Origin: a bacterium
GTDB taxonomy: Bacteria > UBA8248 > JACPRG01 > G963555815
NCBI GenBank assembly: GCA_965261595.1
Contig: CBDHDG010000005.1
Location: 1,055,736-1,119,735 of the forward strand
Direction of reading: 5' to 3'
DNA: 64,000 bases
The translations under genes were made by a program, and so were the position numbers. This document shows, piece after piece, positions 31,158 to 40,915 of this stretch (positions within the stretch are counted from its first letter, which is position 1; every line of letters begins with the position of its first letter). A model generated the notes under the pieces. It had not been told where the DNA came from, did no database searches, and was given only the letters and a program-made list of their open reading frames with translations.

Positions 31158-33024
31158 TCAGATGCGCCTCAAACGGCCCTGATGAGGCTTTCGTTGCGGC
31201 TCCCCGCATCCGGGCGCGTTGTTCCCGCACTTGTCCGGAAGCGAGAGGGCCGAATCGGCCGCACCCGTCTCGTCCTTGTCGGATTGCTTGCGGGACTGCC
31301 TCGCGGATTCTTCACTGAGGGTCGCTGCGGTCTGCTCGGGTTCCGTCATCTCGACCCCTTCCCGCGTCGCCGGACCAAAACCCTGGTTTTCCCTGAGTTC
31401 CAGTTCCCCTTGCCGGGATTTGATTGCAGGTTCCGACGGCGGGGCCGCAATGCCTCCGCCTTCCTCCCTGGGTACGAACCGTTCGGCCGCCTTGGGCCTC
31501 CTGACGTAGTCGAGCCCGATCCGGGTCACGGGCCAGGGTCCGAGGAACTTCAGGTAGCCGTGCAGGTTCTCGAGCCGCATGATCTCCGACGGCAGGGCCA
31601 GGGAGCGCATCTCCCGGCGCTGGGTGAGCGAGACCCCGTCGCGCAGCACGCTGGCCCCGTAGCTCAGGCCGTGGGAATATTCCTTCACCTCGCCCCGCCC
31701 CAGGCTTTCGGCCGACCACCGGGCCGTCTCCTGGTCGGGCGCGGCCAGGACCACCCGGGTGCCGCACAACCCGGATATCGTCTCCGCCCCGTTTTTTCCG
31801 TACAGGTCGCGCAGGGCCGAGATCACCTGGATCCCCAGCACGAAGCACCCCCCGAACTGGCGGGACTCGGCCAGCCCGGGCTGGAGGCTCGGCACCTGGT
31901 GGAGGGTGGGCAGCTCGTCCAGGACCACCCAGACCCGGCGCGCATCGTCCTGATGGAGGGAAAGGAGCGCGTTGACCGCGATCTCGAGCCAGGTGGAGAT
32001 GAGCCCCCTCAGGCTCGCGTGCTGGTCGCCCCGGGAGGTCAGGAACAGGAACCCGGTCCCGTCCTCTTGGCCCACCCAGTCCCGGATCGAGAAGGGCTCT
32101 CCCGTATCGGGCAGGAACTCGAGCGCTCCCAGGTGCGCGGTCAGCATGGCCCGGACGGAGAGCGCGGTCTTGGGGTTTTCGGGGTCCACGATGGACTGGG
32201 CCACCGTGCCCTCCATGGCCCGGGCCAGGGCCGTCAGGTCGGTCTTGAGCAGGTGGTCGACCAGCACCCGGTTCTCGGTGACCCCCTGCTTCCAGAGCAC
32301 GCCCGCGCCGTTGGAGAACAGCTGCCTGGCGGCGGTGACCCAGAAGGGGTCCACCGTGTCCTTCTGCTGGGGGATGAGGGCGGCGGCCATCATGTCGAAG
32401 TCCCAGGGCGTCCTCGCCTCGAAGAAGGGGGACCAGCGGGGCGCCCGGGCGTCCAGGGGGTTCATCAGCACATCACAAGAGGGATCGAAGAAGGAGCGGG
32501 TATAGCTCCCCATCTTGTCGTAGAGGATGCAGCGCTCGCCCCGGGCGCGGAGCCGGGCGACGAGGTCGGAGATCAGGACGGTCTTGCCCGAGCCGGTGGT
32601 GCCGGAGACGATGGTGTGCTGGGTCTCGGCGCGCCTGGGCCAGGGGATCCCGGCGATGCGGCAGGAGGCTCGGCGCGCGGCGGGGAACAGGGCCTCGGCC
32701 AGGCGCGCGGACACGGGCTGCACGCGCCTTCTCAGCTCCCGGGCCGTGGCCATCTCCGCGCCGCGGACCCGTTGGGCGCGGTCCAGGCGTCTTCCCAGGA
32801 TGGAGAACAGGACCGTGCACAGGACCATGCCTCCCACTCCGAACCAGAGGCCGAGCCACGCCTTGGCGTAGACCGTATGGAGCAGGCGTCTGCGGATCCG
32901 ATCAATCCTGGGGTCCTTGGCGATATCCACGATTCTCAATGCTGTCTTCCGACCCTCTTGCCACTCGTACGCCTGGAGGGAATGGCGGGGATACCCGAGC
33001 GCGAGCTTGACCTGGGCGAGGGTG
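31158..33024 (-). pseudogene. traD: Second, 5'-truncated type IV coupling protein gene
   Basis: Near-identical core to 43818-45899 (SGTTGSGKT, LDELPTL) with a diverged tail; homology stops at the IS3 remnant near 33024. Confidence 0.9.
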
Positions 33025-33510
33025 GAGTTGACCCGTTTCGGTGTACACTTTCAGACATTGGTCAAGAGGTGTTCAAATGCCGAAAACTCATTCGCCTTAC
33101 GCGCCGGCGTACCGGCGCCAGATGGTCGAACTGGTCTTTGCGGGCGCATGGCAGGGGAGCTGGCCCGCGAGTTCGAGTGTTCCGCTTCGGCGATTCACAA
33201 CTAGGTACGCCAAGCCGATCGCGACGAGGGCCGTCGTGAGGACGGTCTGAGGGGTTCGGAACTCGAGGAGCTGCGGCGGCTTCGTCGAAAGAACCGTCAG
33301 CTTTGCGAAGAGCGGGAGATACTGGCAAAAGCTACGGCTTGGTTCGCTCGGGAGACCGGCTCGGCCGGCGACTGCTTTGATAACGCCATGGCCGAGAGCT
33401 TTTTCGCCACGCTGGAGTGCGAGCTCATCAACCGGCGTTCGTTCCGTATCCAGGCCGAGGCGCGCGTGGCGATCTTCCAATTCATCGAGGGCAGGTATAA
33501 TCCGCGCTGC
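33023..33510 (+). mobile_element. Internally deleted IS3-family remnant
   Basis: Decayed orfA ([34 protein letters not shown]) joined directly to the orfB tail ([23 protein letters not shown]). Confidence 0.75.
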
Positions 33511-33649
33511 GGCAACGGCAACGCCGCGTGCGTCGCGCGAAGCAGAGCCGTCATCCGAGCCGGACCTCACGCCCGCTCTCCGACAGTCCGAGCCCGACGT
33601 GCGGCGTCTCGGTGAACCGCCCGCCCGCGAACCCGTAAGCCGCCTCGGC

Positions 33650-33990
33650 GTCGAGACGCCGGAAGACTGGGTTGACAAGGCGGCCAAGCGATCCCAGAAG
33701 GACGTGGATGCGCGCTGGACCAAGAAGCACGGCGGGAACTATCATGGTTACATGAACCGTATCAACGTGGACCGCAGGCATAAGCTGATCCGACGCTATC
33801 ACGTGACGGACGTGGCTGTGCACGACAGCCAGGTGGTGGAAGACATTCTCGATCCCGACAACCAAGCCGCGGACGCATGGGCGGACAGCGTCTACCAGTC
33901 GGCGGAGATCAAGGCCGTGCAGTAGGAGAAGGAAGGGACTAAAGAGCCGGACCCACCGCAAGGGCCGCCGCAACAAGCCGCCGAGCGCAC
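33650..33990 (+). mobile_element. IS5-family transposase fragment
   Basis: QKDVDARWTKKHG..HGY..INVD..HKLIR...VHDSQ...WADSVY; in-frame stop at 33923-33925. Confidence 0.75.
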
Positions 33991-34007
33991 GATGAAAGGA
34001 TAGCCGT

Positions 34008-35054
34008 ATGCCGATTTACCGCATCGATAACAACAAAATTCTTCCGATCGAACGCACAACGTTTGCGCAGCAAAGCTTGCGGGAGCGGCATGATCTCCAG
34101 GCTCTTCTGAAATCCCAGATCGATGTGATTTCTCCGGATACGCTGATCGTGGCTGAGGAATTTAGCGACTGGGAGGACAGTCGGCGGCGCATTGATTTGC
34201 TGGGCATCGACAAAGGCGCCAACCTCGTCGTGATCGAACTAAAGCGCACGGAAGATGGCGGATACATGGAACTGCAGGCCATTCGCTATGCCGCGATGAT
34301 CTCCACGCTAACCTTTGACGAGTTGGTGACGAAATACGAGGGCTACCTGAGTAAGAGCAACATTGAGCAGGACGCGAGAGAAAGTCTGCTCGAATTCCTG
34401 GACTGGAATGATTTGAATGAACAGGCATTCGGCCAGGAGGTCAAAATCGTCCTCGCCTCGGCCGAATTTTCAAAAGAGCTGACGACGGCGGTGATGTGGC
34501 TGAACGATCTTGGGCTGGATATCCGCTGCGTCCGAATGCACCCTTATGTAAGTGACGGGCAGACCTTCATGGACGTCCAAACCGTCATCCCAATACCGGA
34601 AGCGGCCGATTATCAAGTCCGGATTCGGCAGAAGAAACAAAAAGAGCGGGAATCGAGACAAGGCGCACGAGATTTCAGCAAGTACGACATAAGCATCGCC
34701 GGTAAACGATACCGGGCACAAAACAAACGCAAGATGATGTTTCTGCTTGTTTCAGAGGTGCTGGCGAACGGCGGCACACCGGAACAAATCATGGGCGCCA
34801 TCCCCAAGAGAAAATTAAAAGTCTTCGAGGGTACGCTGGATGCGGAGCAGGTGAAAGAACAGATCATGAAGGATGACGGCGGGGGAGCCGTGCCACGGTC
34901 GAAGCGTTTCTTCTGCGAAGAGGGTGAACCCTTTCATGTCGAGAACAAAACTTATGTCCTGTCCAAGCAATGGGGAAACCCCACACACGACGCCGCGAAG
35001 AAGTTGGCCGAGATGTTTCCTAGCCTAAAAATCGATTACAAGCAGACCGTGTAA
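34008..35054 (+). CDS. NucS-like PD-(D/E)XK nuclease with an additional C-terminal domain
   Basis: LRERHDLQ, RRIDLLGID...VVIELKR, ELQAIRYAA; low GC. Confidence 0.8.
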   Translation: MPIYRIDNNKILPIERTTFAQQSLRERHDLQALLKSQIDVISPDTLIVAEEFSDWEDSRRRIDLLGIDKGANLVVIELKRTEDGGYMELQAIRYAAMISTLTFDELVTKYEGYLSKSNIEQDARESLLEFLDWNDLNEQAFGQEVKIVLASAEFSKELTTAVMWLNDLGLDIRCVRMHPYVSDGQTFMDVQTVIPIPEAADYQVRIRQKKQKERESRQGARDFSKYDISIAGKRYRAQNKRKMMFLLVSEVLANGGTPEQIMGAIPKRKLKVFEGTLDAEQVKEQIMKDDGGGAVPRSKRFFCEEGEPFHVENKTYVLSKQWGNPTHDAAKKLAEMFPSLKIDYKQTV

Positions 35055-35074
35055 GCTGTGGGGTTCGTATCAGT

Positions 35075-35410
35075 TCATTTCAATTCGTGCAGCTTCTGAT
35101 CCATAACGTAGTTCTGGTCCCGCGTTCGTTCCTTGGTCGGATCGAACGCGGCGTAGATGTCTTCGGACAGGGGCGTTTTCGACAGCAGGTCGCAAACACG
35201 ATCAATGGGTGAACGACCGTTCAGGGCCGTATGCGGTCGATGCCAATTGTAGAAGTGCTGCCATTCGTCCAGCTGCTGTTGAAGATCGGCTGCCTTCCGA
35301 TCGACGGTTGACCAGAACTCGTCCAGATCGGTCCGCTGGCTTCGCTCGACCTTGCCGTTCAGATCGGGTGACCGAGGCTTGATCGGACGGAACTTGATCG
35401 CCCATTCCAT
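35075..35410 (-). mobile_element. IS481-family transposase 3' fragment
   Basis: PIKPRSPDLNGKVERSQRTD..EF, YNWHRPHTALNGRSP. Confidence 0.75.
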
Positions 35411-35551
35411 GGGGCGTTGCTGGACGCTGGAGAAATTGAGATTTTGGGGTTTTGAGAAATTGAGGCTTTTGAGGTTTTGCCGTCCGAGGTTCTACAGGGG
35501 GCGGCGCAGGCGGAATGACGGGTCCAGGCCCACAGACGCGGACACCCCATC

Positions 35552-35956
35552 ATGAAACTCAGGAGGATCGAATACACCGATTTGAGCTCCAAGCAGAAGG
35601 AGGTCTTCAATTTTCACAAAATTGCGGGAAAGCTCTCCGAATACGGATATAACTGCATCAAGCTCGCGGACGACTGGCAGGGAGCAGACTTTCTCGCGTG
35701 TCACAAAGATGGCGGTACGCTGAAAGTGCAGTTGAAAGCCAGACTCACGATCTCAAAAAAATATGTTGGAAAATCGCTCTGGATGGCATTTCCGATTTAC
35801 CAGGAGTGGTACCTGATCGAGCATGAAGAGCTGGTTCGCTTGGCCGAGAAGCACACCAGTTGGCTGACCACGAAGTCCTGGCAGGAGTGCGGAAACTATA
35901 GCTCGGCAAATCCGAGTCAGCGTTTCGCTGAGGCGCTAACCAGATCACGGCTATGA
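35552..35956 (+). CDS. Small putative PD-(D/E)XK-fold protein (134 aa)
   Basis: DDWQGADFLA...LKVQLK resembles a D...(Q/E)xK motif; low GC. Confidence 0.6.
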   Translation: MKLRRIEYTDLSSKQKEVFNFHKIAGKLSEYGYNCIKLADDWQGADFLACHKDGGTLKVQLKARLTISKKYVGKSLWMAFPIYQEWYLIEHEELVRLAEKHTSWLTTKSWQECGNYSSANPSQRFAEALTRSRL

Positions 35957-36698
35957 AAGCGTGGCTCACAGATAATCATCCGATCCGGCCCGGTGGGGGG
36001 GACGAGCTCCGAATCAGCGTCCCCTGGTGCGGCTGAGCCAGCCAGGTTTGAAGTCCCGACGCTTTTTTCGGATCATTCTCAAGATGCGTAGCCGTGAGGC
36101 CCTTCGATAGCCACGCCATAGCGCCGTCCATACGCCCATGATTCCCCCCCTTCAACGCCCATAGCTCGGCTCAGACGAACGTTTACCGCTTGCCCCTGGC
36201 CTATACTTTTAAACCACATCCGCTTCAACGATTCAACCCTGTCTGCGGGGGATGTTGCGCTTAATGTCCTCTTGGAGCCGCAGACACAGGAGCGGCGATT
36301 GCGTTAAGAACCGCCACTCTAAAAGGCTTGGGGGCTAGTCGCGCCCACGGGCCACGCCGGGGGGGGCACGCTGGAAATCTCTATGAAACTGTAGGTTGGC
36401 TTATTCTGGCTATTCTGGTCAAGCACTGGGGGGTGACGGTCTTGCAACCCCCCCTCCTTTGTCAGGGGGAGGGGGGGCGGAATCGCAAGAGCAGAAAACC
36501 GTGCACGCTGCGCCTTCTCGGTTGACACTCCGGGTATCGAACCGCCCTATCGCTTTGTCATCCCTGTGGCACCAGCAATGCCCTCGAATGCTTTAATCGA
36601 GTGGCGATAGAGGGAGACCGCTAAGCAAGAGGGGGTCGCATTGGCGGCGGCTATCTGATCAAGCATCTCCCGACCGTCCGCCTTTCCTTTGGCCCCCG

Positions 36699-38102
36699 TC
36701 CCCCGCTCTAGGGTTTTGTTGGACACTCGATTGATCCATGATTCATGGAGAAAGGGGTGTCGCGATGAACGAACAAAAGCAAGAGGGGGCTTTGGCGGAG
36801 GGCGCCCGCAGGGCGAACGGAGCCAAGGCCCCAGGGCATCGCAGTGAGCGGGGTCGGTTCTCCTGCCAGCGCAAGCGGGAGGCGGTCCTGCGTCTTTTGC
36901 GGGGCGAGAGCCTGGAGACGCTCTGCCGCGAGTTGGGCACGACAGCGGCTCGGCTTTCCGCCTGGCGCGAGGCGTTCCTTCGCGGGGGCGAGGCGGCGCT
37001 CAAAGCCCGCCCGGCGGATGAGCGGGCCGAGGAGAACGCCCGGCTCAAGGCCAAGGTGGGCGAACTCACGATGGAGGGCGAGGTCCTGCGGGAGAAGATC
37101 GACCGCCTGGAGGCCGGCCGCCCTTTAGCCGGCAGGAGGTGGAGGCGATGAGTCAGGCCCGCTTCACCTCCACGGGCAGAGCCTACGGCCTGAAGCGGGT
37201 GTGCGCCCTTTGGGGCTTGGCGCGCTCCACGGTCTACGCGCAACGGCGGCGAGAGGCGGTCCCCGTTCATGAACGCCCCACGCCCAATAAGCGCGGCCCT
37301 GTGGGCCCGTGCACCGATGCGGAACTCCTCGGCCACATCCGGCAGGTCCTGGAGGACTCTCCCTTCCATGGCGAGGGCTACCGCAAGGTGTGGGCGAGGC
37401 TGCGCTTCGCGGGCATCCGCACCAGCAAGGAGCGGGTGCGTCGCCTGATGCGGGAGGCGGGGCTTCAGGCCCCCCACCGGGTGGGCAAACCCCGAGGTCC
37501 CAAGGCCCACAACGGGACCATCCGCACCGAGCGGCCCGACCGAATGTGGGGCACGGACATGACGACGACGGTGACCACCGAGGAGGGGGTGGCCTCGGTG
37601 TTCGTGGCGGTGGATCACTGCTCGGTGGACTGCGTGGGGATCCATGCGGCCAAGAGCGGCAACCGCTTCGAGGCCCTGGAGCCGATCCGGCAGGGGGTCG
37701 CCGAGCGCTTCGCCGGCTTGGAGGCGGACGTCGCCGAGGGGCTTAAAGTTCGTCACGACCACGGCCCCGCCTATCTGTCCGATGACTTTCAGCGGGAGAT
37801 CACCTACCTGGGCATGACCAGTTCGCCCAGCTTCGTGCGGGCGCCCGAGGGAAATGGCTACTGTGAGTGGTTTATCCGCATCTTGAAGGAGAATCTCCTG
37901 TGGGTGCGCTCTTTCGCCACCGTAGAGGAACTGCGGTGGGCGCTGCTTGAGTTCAAGAACCTGTACAACCATCATTGGATTCTCGAGGGCTACGGCTACC
38001 GAACGCCGGCCCAGGCAAGGCAGGAAAAACTCGCTCAAGTTGCGGAGGCCGCATGAGGTCGAATACCCTCACCCGAGTGTCCAATAACCCAGGGGCGGTC
38101 CA
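36699..38102 (+). mobile_element. IS3-like insertion sequence with orfA 36765-37151 and orfB 37148-38056
   Basis: Imperfect IRs sharing TTGGACACTCG / CGAGTGTCCAA, right end ..GCGGTCCA; WGTDMT, RHDHGPAY, PEGNGYCE; ATGA coupling; left tip degenerate and no TSD seen. Confidence 0.88.
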
Positions 38103-38362
38103 CCCGCTTCCCGGATCAACTTATAGCCATGCTCACTGAGAATGATATCCCGAAACAGGGAATGGACTTTTCATGACCGTCTGCCGACCCGATCGTTTCC
38201 TTTTCCTTTCTGATTGTCGATCTCACGCTGGACAGGACAGCAGACAATTAGATGAACCTCGTCGAACTCGGCCCATACGGACCAATCGAGCTCTTCCAAG
38301 GCACGACACTGGATAAAGAGATTTGTATCAGGAAACAAATGAAGAATCTTCACGAGAACCAT
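38103..38362 (-). pseudogene. PIN-domain protein, N-terminal part, with an internal stop and truncated by the IS
   Basis: HLFPDTNLFI...PVQREIDNQK are PIN motifs; TGA at 38171-38173, after which the frame continues (KVHSLFRDII...) to the IS end. Confidence 0.7.
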
Positions 38363-38606
38363 TCCCTAATACCGGGTATCGACCCAATGGGCATATCGGC
38401 CGGGGCAGGGATAACCTCTCTTGTTCTTATGCGGGTTTAGCGAGGCAGCAGCTCGCTTCTTACGTGAAAATCGTTTGCCGCATAAGCTACATTTATAGAC
38501 ATAGGTCGGCCCGCTCGAAAGACCGGAATTACGGCCTCGGCGAGCGTGGCCCGGTCTGCGCCGCTTTGTCCTCGTAGGTGTGCTGTTGCCCCACGCCGAC
38601 CGTGAG

Positions 38607-39821
38607 CTACCGCCGATTTGCCGTAGGCGGGATTCTGACCGGGCCGGCAGGTGTCAATTCGACTGCGAAACGGGGACTGAAGGCCTGATCGGTGACTCTT
38701 GCTCCCTGAATGCGATCCACCTGGTAGCTGCGGTGTTCGTTCTTGTCCAGATTGTGAGCATGAAGGATGATATTGCCTTCGCTGGTACGGCGAAGTGAAT
38801 AGGGCTCGATGCGTCTTGTGGAACCCTGATAGTCCAGGTCGACGCAAAGCCTGCTCGAAGCCGCGAAGCGGATGGTTTCGAGAGAGGACCGAGCCGTGCC
38901 GGAAACCGGCAGACGCAATGTGCGGTCGCGGATAATCTCTTCATCCGGGGCTCCGACATAGGCGGCAGGAATCCGTGGTGCCGCGCCGCTTTTCAGCCAC
39001 GCAAAAAAGACCGGCAACTCGTCCCAAAATGTGACGAACGGCGGCAGGGCGGGCAACTGGTGCCCCAACATCTGATCCCAGTTGCCTTCCAGCATGGGAC
39101 GCTGCGGTTCGAGTTGAGCGAGAACAGGAAGGTCCATGCCCTTGAACTCGCACTTCTGGCGGAGGACGTCGAGAAGTACAGCAGCGGCGGGCCGCGCCTC
39201 GGCATTGCGAAACAAGTTGATCACATCGTACAAATCGCGGGGCCGCGCCCGATCGGCAAGCGCCCTGACCTTTTCGCCGAACGCCTCTTCGTAGGCATAG
39301 GACTGGATGGTGATACCTTCGTCCGGGGCAGCGCTGTAGGGATGGAAGACTTGTGATTGAACCGGCGGCAGCACCACGCGTTCATCGGCTGTGAGATCGA
39401 GCTTGACCCGCGGCATGTTTTGGCCGCGCGGCGACACCGGACCCTGATATCCTATCCGTCCCGAACAGGATTCGCGGCCGCGCGGGTTTTGGTAAACGTC
39501 GAATTGCTGAAAATCCGGCGGCAGTTCGATACCCGTCTGGTCGTAAATGCGATCACCTATCTCCGAGAACACGGATTTCAGGAAATCTTCATTGATATGC
39601 GATGGATCGACGAGCGTGAAATCGAGGTCTTCGGAAAACCGGTAGGTCTCGAAAAAGCATTTTTTCAGGCAGGTGCCGCCCTTGAACAACCAGCTTTCAC
39701 CGACTGCCTCGTGATTGTAGATGCCCCACAGCAACCAGCCGAGAACGTAATCTTTCTCGACCACATGGGGCGTGAGACCCAGAGCGGTCGCGGCATCGAT
39801 GATCTCGCGCTTGTCAATCAT
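38607..39821 (-). CDS. abiEii: AbiEii-type nucleotidyltransferase toxin fused to a WYL domain; Zn-finger tail to 38366 in a shifted frame
   Basis: VEKDY, FKGGTCLKK..YRFSEDLDF, EKVRAL..RPRDLYD; C-terminal LDY..RRIEPYSL..RSYQVDRI. Confidence 0.85.
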   Translation of the reverse strand: MIDKREIIDAATALGLTPHVVEKDYVLGWLLWGIYNHEAVGESWLFKGGTCLKKCFFETYRFSEDLDFTLVDPSHINEDFLKSVFSEIGDRIYDQTGIELPPDFQQFDVYQNPRGRESCSGRIGYQGPVSPRGQNMPRVKLDLTADERVVLPPVQSQVFHPYSAAPDEGITIQSYAYEEAFGEKVRALADRARPRDLYDVINLFRNAEARPAAAVLLDVLRQKCEFKGMDLPVLAQLEPQRPMLEGNWDQMLGHQLPALPPFVTFWDELPVFFAWLKSGAAPRIPAAYVGAPDEEIIRDRTLRLPVSGTARSSLETIRFAASSRLCVDLDYQGSTRRIEPYSLRRTSEGNIILHAHNLDKNEHRSYQVDRIQGARVTDQAFSPRFAVELTPAGPVRIPPTANRR

Positions 39822-40626
39822 GCGCGCGTTCCGTTGCCCAGCTTAGTGGGACCCAGAGACGCCATTTCGAGATCAGGCGGGAGCATTCCAATGAGGGGTC
39901 GAGCTTGGCGTTTCCGTTCGTCAGATGCACCCGGCAAGCCTCGGCCAAAGCCGCCGCGTCGGGATGTTTTTCAATCAGGAAACCAAGCCGTTTGAAGACC
40001 GCACCGTTGCCAAGCGTTTCGGCATAGTTGATCAGCATGTCGTCATTCCGGTCAGCACGCTTCAGGTAGCTGCTCAGACAATCGGCCACGTGCTGGCTTC
40101 CACCGCCGATGGAGGGATCGTCAAGAAGATCGATCATCGTGCGGTGAACATCAGACACCAGAATCTTTGACTGGCTGCGCCAAACCGCTTTGGTGCCGAA
40201 GAGTTTTCGTTCCTGTATATGGCACAGTATGAACTGCGCTCCATGGCGCGTTTGATGCTTTTCGCGCACTGGCTGCGCCGTCATGACGAGAATCTGCCGG
40301 AACATCTGCTCGGTGAGATCCCAATGTTCCGCGGCGGTCCACCCACCGATATAGGCGGGCGCATACAAAGCCGGGACCAGCACCCAGGGATCATCCAGAA
40401 CCTGCTCGCTTTCGAGCGAATCCAGTTGGGCAGCGGCGTAAGCCCCCGGCCCGACGCGCCTCAGCCAGCCCTGGCTGGTCCAGCGTGAGAGCAACTTGGC
40501 GGCCTCCGGCCGTCCGATGGAAAGCGCGGAAACGACATCATCAATTCGAATAATGTCATTGGCCCGCCGGATCACGGCTGCGAGTTTGCGCCTGCCCCGC
40601 GGTATCGATGTAGCCGACGTTCTCAT
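39814..40626 (-). CDS. abiEi: AbiEi-type (type IV TA) antitoxin / transcriptional regulator
   Basis: wHTH-like N-terminus (LLSRWTSQGWLRRVGPGAY), YIGGWTAAEHWDLTEQ, SDVHRTMID, KRLGFL; overlaps the toxin start. Confidence 0.85.
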   Translation of the reverse strand: MRTSATSIPRGRRKLAAVIRRANDIIRIDDVVSALSIGRPEAAKLLSRWTSQGWLRRVGPGAYAAAQLDSLESEQVLDDPWVLVPALYAPAYIGGWTAAEHWDLTEQMFRQILVMTAQPVREKHQTRHGAQFILCHIQERKLFGTKAVWRSQSKILVSDVHRTMIDLLDDPSIGGGSQHVADCLSSYLKRADRNDDMLINYAETLGNGAVFKRLGFLIEKHPDAAALAEACRVHLTNGNAKLDPSLECSRLISKWRLWVPLSWATERAHD

Positions 40627-40672
40627 ATCACATCCACCAATAATCACAAAAAATAGAATTTTCTGATATTGA

Positions 40673-40753
40673 AATATGCTACTTTAAGTATGTGCGGTCA
40701 AGTGGATAGTATATCGTGTATGCGAAAAATCCCGATTTAGATGATTTTGCGCA
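40673..40753 (-). promoter_or_regulatory. Putative abiE promoter (TTGACC-17bp-CATATT) plus upstream inverted repeat
   Basis: -35 at 40701-40696, -10 at 40678-40673; TGCGAAAAATC...GATTTTGCGCA at 40721-40753; AT-rich island. Confidence 0.5.
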
Positions 40754-40915
40754 TCTCCATGAAGCCCGATCAACGACTGCTTGTTGAACCGGAAGACCGG
40801 CGGATGCCACCAAGTGGAAGAGTTTCCTGGGTGCTGCTTCTCGATGTCAACTTGGTGGTAAGGCGAACCGAATGCTCCCGAACGGCCGAATCTCCTGTCG
40901 CGACTACCTCAGACC

